Assembly: GCA_041653595.1 (NCBI GenBank)
Contig: JBAZFB010000001.1
Coordinates: 68,467 to 132,466 of the forward strand
Source: Candidatus Omnitrophota bacterium
Lineage (GTDB): Bacteria > Omnitrophota > Gorgyraeia > Pluralincolimonadales > Pluralincolimonadaceae
Reading direction: 5' to 3'
DNA length: 64,000 nt
The translations under genes were made by a program, and so were the position numbers. This document shows positions 29,166-39,600 of the stretch, piece after piece. Under the pieces are notes generated by a model. That model was not told the DNA's origin and did not search any database. It worked only from the letters and a program-made list of their open reading frames with translations. The first letter of the stretch is position 1. The number at the start of each line of letters is the position of its first letter.

Positions 29166-31280
29166 TTATTTTTCTAGCTCTATGCTTATCCTGGCGTCTA
29201 TCGCCATGCTTCCGCCTTTCCCTTCAGCCGGGAAGACCTTAAGCGGGTTTATATCGAGTTCTTTTATCATGGGGAAATCCGTGACCAGCTGCGAAAGCCT
29301 GAGCAACCCTTCTCTTATCGAATCTATATCCGCGGGTTTCTCGCCGCGGGCGCCTTTAAGGAGCGCGGCCGATTTTATCGAATCTACCATTTCAGCAGCC
29401 TCGCGCGGGAGTATCGGGGCGATCTTGAAACTGACGTCCTTAAGCACCTCGACATAGATGCCGCCGAGCCCGAACATAAGCATCGGCCCGAATTGCGCGT
29501 CTTTCGACATGCCCAGTATGACCTCTTTCCCTCCCGAGACCATCTCCTGGACGAGGACGCCGAGGATATTCGCGTTCGGCACCGCAGCCTTGGACTTCCT
29601 CATTATCTCATCAAACGCCGCCTCCGCTTCCTTGGCGTCCTTGAGCCCGACCTTGACCCCGCCCACGTCCGATTTATGCAGTATGTCAGGCGAGGCTATC
29701 TTCATTACGACGGGATAACCTGTCTTATCCGCGGCCACTGCCGCCTCAGCGGCGTTCTTGGCTAGGGTGCTCTTCGGCAGCCTGAAGCCGTAACTTTCTA
29801 TGATATCGCGCGCGGTATATTCGGGAATCTCTTTCTGCCCGGATCTGGCCGCCGCGTCGAGTATCTTCTTTACCCTGTCTTTGTCGACCTTAAAAGACTT
29901 TATGTCTTCCTTGGGAAGGTCGAGCATATTTTTGTATTTGACCATTATATTGAAGGACGAGATGGCGCGTTCAGGGAAGAGGAAATTCGGTATTTTATTG
30001 TCCTGCAGGATATTCGTGCCCTTCTCGACCAGCCTGCCGCCGATGAAACTCGTGAATATGGGCTTGCTGTCCTTGCTGGCCACAAGGACGTCGGCGGTCT
30101 CCTTTATCTTGCTGTTGCTCTGGGGCGTCAGTATCACTATAAGCCCGTTGACATTCGGATCTTTTAGAAGGGCGCTTACCGCGACCTTATACCTCTGGTC
30201 ATCGGCATCGCCTATGACGTCCACGGGATTATTCAGCGCGGCTGTCTTGGGAAGCGCCCCCCTCAGGTAATCGACCGTCTCTTTGCTCAGGGGCGCGACT
30301 TTCGCGAACTGTGAACGCTCGACCGCGTCGACCGCGATTATCCCCGGCCCGCCGGCATTAGTTATTATCGCGAGGTTCGGGCCCTGCGGGAGCTTCTGGT
30401 ATGAAAAAGCCACGGCGTAATCGAAAAGGTCCGCGATCGTCCTTGCGCGTATTATGCCTGTCTGCGCGAACGCTGCGTCGAACGCGGCATCGGAGCCCGC
30501 GAGGCTCCCGGTATGGCTTGAAGCGGCCTTTGCCCCTGCCTTGGACCCGCCGGCCTTGCAGATTATCACGGGCTTCTTGGCCGTGACCTCCCTGGCGACT
30601 CGCATAAATTCCTTGCCGTCCTTTACATCTTCTATATAGCCTAAGATGACTTTCGTGTCCGGATCCTCACCGAGCGCTTTCAGCAGGTCAGTCTCCGATA
30701 TGTCGGCTTTATTCCCGATGCTTACGAACTTGGAGAAACCTATCTTCTCCTTGACCGCCCAGTCGAGTATGGCAGTGCACAAGGCGCCTGACTGGGAAAA
30801 GAAAGCTATATCTCCGGGAAGCGGCGAGATTGCGGCAAACGAAGCGTTAAGGTGGGCGGTGGAGCTGATAAACCCGAGGCAGTTGGGGCCGAGCACCCTT
30901 ACCCCGTGTTCTTTAGCTACCGCGGCCAATTCCAGCTCGAGTTTCTTTCCTTCAGGGCCTGTTTCCTTGAAACCGGCGGTTATGACTATTGCGGCCTTTA
31001 TGCCTTTCTTGCCGCATTCCTTCATGACTTCGATGACCCCGGCCGCCGGGATGGCGAAGACCGCGAGATCGATATCTTCCTTTACGTCGAGCACCGACGG
31101 ATAGGCTTTATCCCCCATCACCTCGGTATCTTTGGGGTTTATCGGATATATTTTTCCTTTATATCCGTATTCCTTGAGATTGAATAGTACGTCGTGGCCG
31201 ATCTTGCCTTTTTTGGGGGATGCGCCGATTATGGCGATGGAACGGGGGTTGAAAAGCCTGTCCAGACCGTTTGAGCTCAT
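29166..31280 (-). CDS. Acetyl-CoA synthetase (ADP-forming), fused alpha/beta (acetate--CoA ligase [ADP-forming])
   Basis: 704 aa. CoA-binding N-domain (IAIIGAS), succinyl-CoA-synthetase-like flavodoxin and ATP-grasp domains. Confidence 0.8.
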   Translation of the reverse strand: MSSNGLDRLFNPRSIAIIGASPKKGKIGHDVLFNLKEYGYKGKIYPINPKDTEVMGDKAYPSVLDVKEDIDLAVFAIPAAGVIEVMKECGKKGIKAAIVITAGFKETGPEGKKLELELAAVAKEHGVRVLGPNCLGFISSTAHLNASFAAISPLPGDIAFFSQSGALCTAILDWAVKEKIGFSKFVSIGNKADISETDLLKALGEDPDTKVILGYIEDVKDGKEFMRVAREVTAKKPVIICKAGGSKAGAKAASSHTGSLAGSDAAFDAAFAQTGIIRARTIADLFDYAVAFSYQKLPQGPNLAIITNAGGPGIIAVDAVERSQFAKVAPLSKETVDYLRGALPKTAALNNPVDVIGDADDQRYKVAVSALLKDPNVNGLIVILTPQSNSKIKETADVLVASKDSKPIFTSFIGGRLVEKGTNILQDNKIPNFLFPERAISSFNIMVKYKNMLDLPKEDIKSFKVDKDRVKKILDAAARSGQKEIPEYTARDIIESYGFRLPKSTLAKNAAEAAVAADKTGYPVVMKIASPDILHKSDVGGVKVGLKDAKEAEAAFDEIMRKSKAAVPNANILGVLVQEMVSGGKEVILGMSKDAQFGPMLMFGLGGIYVEVLKDVSFKIAPILPREAAEMVDSIKSAALLKGARGEKPADIDSIREGLLRLSQLVTDFPMIKELDINPLKVFPAEGKGGSMAIDARISIELEK

Positions 31281-31347
31281 TTCATATTCCTTAGATTTTT
31301 TAGGTTAACAAGCCTTTCCGAGCATTACGAAAAGGTGGGATAGGGGT

Positions 31348-31390
31348 ATTTTATTAGGAAGGGGCAAAATTGTCAACGAAAATTTGACAA
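31348..31390 (-). promoter_or_regulatory. sigma70-like promoter of the ACD-gcv operon, with its -35 embedded in an inverted repeat
   Basis: Minus strand reads TTGACA-17nt-TAAAAT. The -35 lies inside TTGTCAA-N7-TTGACAA. SD AAGGAA is 7 nt before the ATG. Confidence 0.5.
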
Positions 31391-31392
31391 AT

Positions 31393-31454
31393 CCTAGAGA
31401 TCGCATGCGATCTCTAGGGCCCCAGATCCTAGAAATCGCATAGCGATTTCTAGG
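31393..31454. repeat. Two tandem near-identical perfect palindromes (26 and 27 bp)
   Basis: CCTAGAGATCGCATGCGATCTCTAGG at 31393-31418 and CCTAGAAATCGCATAGCGATTTCTAGG at 31428-31454. They are between the esterase stop and the ACD promoter. Confidence 0.6.
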
Positions 31455-31468
31455 AATCCCGGATGGGA

Positions 31469-32491
31469 TCACTGTTTTGCTATCCAGTCGAGGGCTTGCG
31501 AAATTATCGCCGGGGAAGGCCATTCGTGTCCGCCTTCGAATTCGTGCTTATAGACCTTCAGGTGGTTCGTATCTAACTTCGTATAAACCTTCTTTACCTC
31601 CTCCAGATTAGAGTCTTTCTTTCCTATACACAAATAGACGGCTACATTTTTGGCTATCTCCTGCCTTTCATCGGCGAACCCCGCGGCGCAGGCGATCACG
31701 CCCTTGAATTGGGCCGGATGGCCATATGCCATTTTAAACGACATCCTTGCTCCTCCTGAAAGGCCTGCCGCGTAAAACCGTTTTTCGTCGACCCTGAAAC
31801 GCTTCGGGATATCTTTAAGCATTGCCTCTTGCGCGCTGACTATGGGCTCCCACGGCCCGTTCTTGGCATCATGCGAACCGACAACGATCCATCCCAGGTT
31901 ATCCGCGGCGTAAGCAAACCGTTTAGCGGCATCTTCGCCGTTCCCGTTGGGGTCAAAACAGAAAAGAACGGGTCTCTTGGTTTTCGTATCATAATTGGAC
32001 GGCAGACGGACGGTATACCTATATGACGCGGAACCCGCATTGAAACTTATTGTATCGACAAGCTTAACGGGTTTTTCCTCCACCGGCTTTTGTTCCGCCG
32101 CTTCTTTTCTTTCTTCGGGTTCCGGTTTGGCTAACTTCTCATGTTCATCTTTCGTCACCCATTTGCCGTCGTATAAGATAAGCCCTTTGGCTTCCTGTTC
32201 GGCCGCAGTTTTTTTCCACTGTTCGTGCTCGGATTCGCGCTGCTGTTTTTGATCCTCCCATTTTTTCTTTAATTTCGCGTTCTCGCCGTCGCTCGCTTTT
32301 GAGATCGATTCTATGAGTGACTTGGGATAGGTCATCCTGCCGATATTTACGGCAACGACCACCGAATCGTCCGTTTCTATCTCTATCACACCTTCGACAG
32401 AACCGCCGGATTTGAGGCAAATAACATCCGCGAAAACGGCGGTAGGAATTAAGAGGAAGATAATAAGAAATAAAAGCGAGTGTTTTTTCAT
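31469..32491 (-). CDS. Secreted alpha/beta-hydrolase esterase (PHB-depolymerase-like esterase family)
   Basis: Signal peptide, charged coiled-coil-like linker, GLSGG nucleophile elbow. Confidence 0.6.
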   Translation of the reverse strand: MKKHSLLFLIIFLLIPTAVFADVICLKSGGSVEGVIEIETDDSVVVAVNIGRMTYPKSLIESISKASDGENAKLKKKWEDQKQQRESEHEQWKKTAAEQEAKGLILYDGKWVTKDEHEKLAKPEPEERKEAAEQKPVEEKPVKLVDTISFNAGSASYRYTVRLPSNYDTKTKRPVLFCFDPNGNGEDAAKRFAYAADNLGWIVVGSHDAKNGPWEPIVSAQEAMLKDIPKRFRVDEKRFYAAGLSGGARMSFKMAYGHPAQFKGVIACAAGFADERQEIAKNVAVYLCIGKKDSNLEEVKKVYTKLDTNHLKVYKHEFEGGHEWPSPAIISQALDWIAKQ

Positions 32492-32494
32492 TTG

Positions 32495-35400
32495 TCATTC
32501 TTTATTTTCTTTAGAGCTCTTAATAATATCCTTTATCTCGATATCTAAATTTGAAGTTATGAAGCTTTCTTCTTGTTTAAAGATCTCTTTTTTATTTAAT
32601 CCTTTATCCTTATCAAATGCTTTCCTTAAAATTTCGAGCGCTTTCTTTTTGTCGTTCTTCCTTAAATATGATACGCTCAATCCCAATGCATCGGTTGCCT
32701 TAAACTTGCCTTTCCCGAGAACCTTCTGGAAGATTTCGATGGCTTCGTCATATTTACCATTCTCGTAATACGCCCATCCAAGGGTTCCAAGATGATCATG
32801 ATCTTCGGGACCTAATTCCACACCCTTCTTTGCCCAATAAATCGTCTTGTCTCTTTCAGAGTTTTCTATTATAGAATCCCATGCGAGGTTATTGTAAGCG
32901 CACCCAAGGGTCGAACCATATTCAATGGCTTTCTTATAATAGAAAATAGCTTGTTTGAAATCATCTTTTTTATCGAATAAAAATCCCAAGCGTTCATAAG
33001 TATAATGATATTCGGGATTTATGCTTTCTTCAAGTTTGAATTCTCTTATTGCATCATCGACTTTATCCTTCTTCTTATAAGCTAAACCTAAAAAATAATG
33101 GGCTCTTCCAATATCCTCGTCTAATTCCAAGGCTTTTTTGGCGTTATCAATAACTTGTTCAATATTATCTTTTTTATAAAATACGCGGCAAATTTCCACG
33201 CGAAGCTCTGGGCTATCGGGCATGATTTCCAGGCCCTTTTTCAATAACTGAAGCGCTTTATCTACTTCATTTACATCAAAATACAATTCGTTCAACCAAA
33301 CATAAGCATCTGTGTATTTATTATCCAACTCAAGGCATTTAAGATATGACTGCTCTGCCTCTTTAAACATTTTTTTATTTCCATAAATTACTGCCAGATT
33401 ATAATAAACTGCTGGGGATTTAGGAGACAACGTCTGAGCCTTGAGGGTTTCCTTAAGCGCCTTATCATATTCATGATTATGGGAATACCTTGAACCGAGA
33501 CTCAAGTGAGCCAATGCAAAATAAGGGGCTATATTAAGGGCCTTCTCGAGCAGGACCTTCGTTTCATCATAAATTTTTCTATCATTTTTATTGCTACCTA
33601 TAAGAGCCATATATTTATCCCAATAGCAGTCGGCATCAAAAGGGTCAAGCTTTAAAGCCGCGTCATACATATAATCGGCTGTATCTATCCGGCCCGCAGG
33701 GAAAAAATTTGCTAATTCTTTATACGCAAGAGAAAAATTAGGGTCTTTTTTTAGAGCCAACCTCAGATAGATCAATCCTTCAAAAAAAGATGTGACATTT
33801 CTTTTTGAAATATTTTCTCCCTGATAAGCCCCCTTGGAATATAATAAAAAACAGCTAAAATCAGGAAGATAGAATTCTTCTATTCGCCTTCTCTCTAAAT
33901 CTGAAATTGATACTTCCAAATTTTTAACTATTTGAAAAATCATCTTTTGGCTCGCCTTCAGAAAGACATCTTTTCTACACTTAATCTCATCTAAAACTAT
34001 GGTTGCATTCCTCTTTTTATCAAAGATTGAAACGCTCAGGATCAAACTATTGTTATCGCTGCTTTCCTGAGAAACCCTGCCTATCAAAAGGTATTCTACT
34101 CCCCGTTTTTCACATGCTGCGGTCAGTTCCTTTCCGTTTTTTAAAAAACAATTTTTCTCGCCAGGTTCGCTGTAATAATCTAATATTGAAAACTTTCTTA
34201 TGCACATTAAATTTCTTCTAAATACCCGCTGTAAACCGATATTGATCGGCTGATGTTCCTCCGCTAAGCTGCCTACATCAAAATAGGAAATGCCTATTCG
34301 CATAGGATCCTTTATAATAATATCTTCCGGAGATATTACGGGTAAGACAGCCTCAGGATACTTTCGTAAATTCGGCCGCGGCAGTTTCGATAATTCTTCG
34401 AAAGTCATACCGGCAGTTCCTTTATAATCAAGTACCTCAAAGCGGTCAAAATAACAACTCCCGAGCATCTGGTAATTATACAAGGCGAGCGCCTTAAAAC
34501 TTAAATCCGTATCGGAAAACTTTATATGTCCGGCATCGACAAAGCCAATTTGATTCACTGTAACATCTACCGGCAGCCAAGTACCATTATCATAAATTTC
34601 GTTCCACATATGATACCCAAAATAGCCGTGGCCATAAGAGATCCCGAGAACGCCCTTTGCGGGTATGCCTAATGAACGGCAAAGAGCGCAAAATAAGACC
34701 GCATATTCCGAACAATCCCCTTCCTTGATCTTCAAGACATCTCTAGCGGAATAAAATCCTTTCTTTTCCGTAAATTTAATCTCGCCATTGATCCATTTGG
34801 AGATCTTGGTGACTTTTGTAATTATGTTCTCGTCGGCGCCTGCTATCTCCAAGGCGAGGGATCGAATTGCGTTATCGTTAATCTCGGCGTAAACGGAATC
34901 CGCTAAATATTTATTTGTATTTTCTCTCCCGATCTTAAATATCCTGTCGGGAATTTTTATATTATTCTCTACGATGACTTCGTAATTATTATTTATAAAA
35001 CTGACTTTTTGACGGGGACTTCTTAGGATCAAATTGTTCCTGATGAGCGTAAAAGAACGGCCCTTTACTTTCAGATAATAAAGTTTGTTCAAATCCACCA
35101 TATAAGTAGCAACCGGTATCGAAGACCTCTTGGATGCCGGCAATATCGCATCTTTTTCGACCTCAGATTCAGGGATTACTTTATATAACACATTTATATT
35201 TTCATATTGACCGCTAATTAATTTACCGTCTTCATCGATTATAAATCGTTGATTTAAATTATCAAAAGTTTTGCTGCTGACTGCAATTTCAAAAAAAACC
35301 TTCTGTTTGCCCCCGATGGGTGACTCGAACTTTCTGACAACCGTAAGTTTTTCTTTTATGACCTCAAGAAAATCCTCTTCAAAGACGTCAAATTCATAGG

Positions 35401-35857
35401 ACCCCACCCCCAGATTTCTATCAGCCACTAATTTCATTAAAATGACCGAGGGATACACTTTGCTGTTTGTTGACACCTTGCAATGCGTAACGTAACCATT
35501 TCTGGTAATATCGATTGCAATACCCTCTTTTGTCGCTCTCGCTTCAGCATAGAGTTCGCCTTCATACTCATGATTCTTTAATTCTAAATGGTCTAAGCTT
35601 AAATCCTTATTGACAAAAACGATAATTTCCCCTGTTTTTTTTGAATCGGGCGCATCCGCAGTCGGATAGTCATAGCTCAGTATCCTCACTTCGTGCCCTT
35701 CTTTATCCTCGCGGGGCAAAATCCGGTAGTTAAAATAGCCTGTCTTCTTGTTTTCAAAAAATATATTGCCCCAATATTCTTCATTGATTGCATCAGCCAA
35801 TGTGTATCCGGTGGACATGGATATTATCAAAATTGTAAAGAAAAATTTAAATTTCAT
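32495..35857 (-). CDS. Large secreted transglutaminase-like cysteine-protease-fold protein with C-terminal TPR repeats
   Basis: Signal peptide. TGase-like core (EGDCSEYAVLF...GYHMWNEIYDNGTWLPVD; Cys-His-Asp). More than 10 TPR motifs in the C-terminal half. Strongly AT-rich codon usage. Confidence 0.7.
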   Translation of the reverse strand: MKFKFFFTILIISMSTGYTLADAINEEYWGNIFFENKKTGYFNYRILPREDKEGHEVRILSYDYPTADAPDSKKTGEIIVFVNKDLSLDHLELKNHEYEGELYAEARATKEGIAIDITRNGYVTHCKVSTNSKVYPSVILMKLVADRNLGVGSYEFDVFEEDFLEVIKEKLTVVRKFESPIGGKQKVFFEIAVSSKTFDNLNQRFIIDEDGKLISGQYENINVLYKVIPESEVEKDAILPASKRSSIPVATYMVDLNKLYYLKVKGRSFTLIRNNLILRSPRQKVSFINNNYEVIVENNIKIPDRIFKIGRENTNKYLADSVYAEINDNAIRSLALEIAGADENIITKVTKISKWINGEIKFTEKKGFYSARDVLKIKEGDCSEYAVLFCALCRSLGIPAKGVLGISYGHGYFGYHMWNEIYDNGTWLPVDVTVNQIGFVDAGHIKFSDTDLSFKALALYNYQMLGSCYFDRFEVLDYKGTAGMTFEELSKLPRPNLRKYPEAVLPVISPEDIIIKDPMRIGISYFDVGSLAEEHQPINIGLQRVFRRNLMCIRKFSILDYYSEPGEKNCFLKNGKELTAACEKRGVEYLLIGRVSQESSDNNSLILSVSIFDKKRNATIVLDEIKCRKDVFLKASQKMIFQIVKNLEVSISDLERRRIEEFYLPDFSCFLLYSKGAYQGENISKRNVTSFFEGLIYLRLALKKDPNFSLAYKELANFFPAGRIDTADYMYDAALKLDPFDADCYWDKYMALIGSNKNDRKIYDETKVLLEKALNIAPYFALAHLSLGSRYSHNHEYDKALKETLKAQTLSPKSPAVYYNLAVIYGNKKMFKEAEQSYLKCLELDNKYTDAYVWLNELYFDVNEVDKALQLLKKGLEIMPDSPELRVEICRVFYKKDNIEQVIDNAKKALELDEDIGRAHYFLGLAYKKKDKVDDAIREFKLEESINPEYHYTYERLGFLFDKKDDFKQAIFYYKKAIEYGSTLGCAYNNLAWDSIIENSERDKTIYWAKKGVELGPEDHDHLGTLGWAYYENGKYDEAIEIFQKVLGKGKFKATDALGLSVSYLRKNDKKKALEILRKAFDKDKGLNKKEIFKQEESFITSNLDIEIKDIIKSSKENKE

Positions 35858-36288
35858 GTATTTTCGTCTTTCTTTTTCATAATAAAAATTTTAGTAACTA
35901 TAATTTTTTGAATGCTGCTTGTATTATTATACCTCATAATTATAAGTATTTAAAGGAGTTAGGCAAAGGTCTTTGATCAATTTGTGGAGGGTAAATCAGT
36001 TTGGCTTTTGATTATCTATCAGTATCGGGTGGCGCACTCTGGGAAATAAGAATATTATCCTTGATAAGCTACAATTTTAGCAGAAATCCCTGGGGACAGT
36101 TCTGGGATTAAATACAAAAACGTCCCCTTACTTCCCTAAAAAGCCAAGTCGCTGGTTGGAAAGCCATTTTCTAGGTGACTTTGGGATACTGTGTATAATT
36201 TTTGCACCGTGCGCTCTTGAGGCAGGATAAAACTACTTGTCAATTAAGTTAATTCCGGACCCTATTTTTTCTCTGTTCTTTTTCATTT

Positions 36289-36630
36289 TCATGGCATTGT
36301 AACATAAAAGCCATGTTTTATTAAAATCGGCGCTAAAATTCGTAATGCAAGGTGAAAAAATACAAGCATTAAAACGCCTATCTGGAATAAGGTTGCTAAC
36401 ATACTTAAAATAATCGAGACTAATTTGTTTATCTTTGAAAAATTTTTAAATAAATAACCTGCCGTGCCAACAAAAATCAGAATACTTACCAAAAGTATTA
36501 CCGGTAACCAAAATTTTTGAAATATCTTACCACTACCTCCTTGACCCGCTAATACATCAGCTATGAAAACTATCGAACTCAAAAATAGGTAAGCTACATA
36601 CCCAATAATGCATAAAATAAATGATTGCAT
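36289..36630 (-). CDS. Small polytopic membrane protein, candidate immunity protein for the upstream RHS toxin
   Basis: 113 aa with 3-4 TM segments. GGGGGA RBS. Starts 18 nt after the toxin stop. AT-rich. Confidence 0.45.
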   Translation of the reverse strand: MQSFILCIIGYVAYLFLSSIVFIADVLAGQGGSGKIFQKFWLPVILLVSILIFVGTAGYLFKNFSKINKLVSIILSMLATLFQIGVLMLVFFHLALRILAPILIKHGFYVTMP

Positions 36631-36647
36631 AATTATTCCCCCTTTTC

Positions 36648-39600
36648 TTAATATAAAGGAATTGGTTTATCTGCACCGGGTTGCCACCCGGGCAAATTTG
36701 GTATATTGGAAACACCGGCATCTTCTAAAATTCCATAAGTATAGGAGTTACTATTATAAAAGGGATCAATTGGCCAAGGTGTAGCATCATATGATAAATC
36801 ATTTTCATATTTTCCTGCTGAATTCAAGATATCTTTTATCAAATTTGTATCTGAACGTTTATCTAATATCCTCTGGCTATTTTTTAATTTTTCAGGTCTG
36901 TCAGCGGAGCTGCAAGGCGTAGCTACTAATTTACCATCTTTAGGATTGGCACTTAAGGTAAGTTCCAATTCGCCCTTTGAATTCTTATAGAAACCTGAGT
37001 TGGCAAAATCACTTGGATTATCGGGATGAAGTATAATTACCGTGTGGCTCCCCATTCCTAATACAGGCCTTGCTCCTATTGCTACATATAATCCCCACGG
37101 ATCATACTTATTAATGGGATCGTTATTGAGGTAGACGTAAAGGTTGGGTCCGTCTATCATCTCCAACGGGTCTTTGGTGATGAAGCGCCCTATTAAGGGG
37201 TTGTAATACCTGGCGCCGAAGAAGACAAGCCCTGTCTGGGGAGTGTATTCCTTGGTCTTGTAGGCGTATTTGGATTCCAAAGAGCCGGACTGATAGATTA
37301 TGTTGCCGAACGCATCGTAATCGTAGGTCTGGATGACAACGCCACTGCTGTTGGTTATCTGGTTGACGTTGCCTAAGTTGGAGTCATGATAATAGAGCGT
37401 ATTCGTCCAGTCGAAACTGCTTACAAGCCCTCCTATCCCTCCGGGGGCTGAAGGCAACTTGGAGTACATTATCAGGATATTATTTGAGGGGTCTCTTTCA
37501 ATGAGCGGGGCAAGGCCGTCATAGAGGTATTTTACCACGTTGCCGCCTATGTTGGTAGTGATACGTCTGCCGTCGCCTGAATAGGCGTAGTAGGTATTTA
37601 TATAGGGGGTTATTATGCCCCAGGGCCTGTTCTCGTAGTCGTAGTAGTAATAGGTGGTGCCGGTCCTACTGTTGGTTTCAACAACGAGATTGCCGTTGTT
37701 GTCGTAGGAGTAGCTTATCGACTCATACGGTAAAATCCTTGAAGTAATCTGGTTGGCGGCGTTATATGAGTTGGATATGGGGAGGCCGTCTCTTGTTTCT
37801 GAAGTGCGGTTTCCGGCATTGTCATAGGTGTAATTTCTGGTGTATGGGTATGAGCCTGTTTTGTCCTCATGGGTGAGGCGCCCAGCGTCGTTGTAGATAA
37901 AGTTATAGGTGTTGCCGAAGTTGTTGCTAATAGTTGTTATCTTACCGAGACTGTTGTAGTCATAGTGGTAACTCGAGAGGGTGTTCTGGGAACCATCTTT
38001 AACCGTTAAGGTGTTTACCCTGTCGTTGTCGTAGTAGAGCCATTCGGTGTAGGTGGAGTTGGGATAGTTCATTCTTGTCAGGCGGTTAGCGGTGTCGTAG
38101 TAAAAGGTTGTAGTCTGGCTCTGGGAGTTGGTCAGGGTATAGGGCAGGTTGTTGGCGTAGTAGGCGTAAGAGAAGTAACCTGCCGGAGTGGTCATGGATA
38201 TCCTGTTACCCGCGTAGTCATAGAAGTAGGTTATGGTGTCGTTGGCCTCGGGGCCGTCTACGGACGAGAGCCATGTCCTTGAGTTGTAGGTGTAGGTTGT
38301 CGCGCCATAATAATCGGTCATGGTAGCTGTTTTGCCATATCTGTTGTATAAATATACCACAGAGTTCGAGTCCGGGTATGAAACGGAATAAAGCTTGCCC
38401 GCTAAGTCATAGGTATAGGTGATGGTGTTGCCGTTAGCGTCTGTCTTGGTCTTGAGCTTACCGTTCTTGTAGTAGGTGCAGGTTGTTGTTTTGTTTAAAG
38501 GGTCAGTCTCGGTTAAGACGACGTTGACGTTGGGGTCATAGGTGTAAGTGGTGGTGTGGCCGTTCTGGTCTACCACGGAGGTAAGGTTACCTACCTCATC
38601 ATAATTGTAGGTCGTAGTATTTCCCAAGCCGTCTGCGACTGTCTTTATGCGGTAATAGCTATCAAAGGTGCGGCTTTCGACGGCTAAAAGCGTGCTGTCC
38701 GGACGGTATTTCTTCATGGTAGTGTAGTTTTTGCTGTCATTGAGTAATGGCGGGGAGCTTTCATAAGTGAAGATAGTTATCTCTTGGGTAGGGTCGGTTA
38801 CTTTAGTCAGGCGATTGTAGTGGTCGTTGTATTCGTAGGTGGTCTCAACAGGATTACCGTTGACGTAGCGGATGAGTTTCGTCATATTACCGAACGCGTC
38901 GTATTCATATTGCGTTACTTTGGTTCCAGGATCGGTTATGCTTACGCACTGGTTGAGTTCATTGTAAACATAGGTTGTTGTATGATTATTCGCGTCCCTG
39001 AAGGTCAAGAGATTGGAGTTTTTGTCGTAAGTATATTCTTCATAGCTTGAGTCGGGATAGGTCTTTCTCGTGAGCCGGCCTAAACCGTCATATTCGTAAC
39101 TTGTGGCAATCGGATCACTGCCGCTGTTATCGCCGTATTTTGAGGAAGTCATACGACCAAGTGTATCGTACGTGTACTGAATATAATTGCCTTCCCCATC
39201 CGTTTCCTTGGTGGTATTTCCGTATGTGTCGTAGGTATAATCCGTGGCTATGCCTTCGGGATCGATTATCTTCGTAAGACATCCGTACTGGTCGTACTGT
39301 TTTTCTATCGTCGCCGTTCCCTGATTATTGGGAGAAGGTGTGTATCTATGCCTTAGATTGCCATTTGAATCGTAGTCATATGTCCACGCCCTCTCTTTGG
39401 GATCTGTTATCGAAGTGATATAATGAAAAGTGGGGTCATAAGTAAAATACGCGGTATAACCTTCGTCGTTGTCGAGCTGCAAGGCGCTGCCAAAACGGTC
39501 TTGCACCCAGCCGCAGCCTTTGCCGTTCTCATCCGTAACCGAATCGCGAATATAACTATCATCGAAAGTGTAATTTGTTACGCCGTTATTTGAATCCGTA

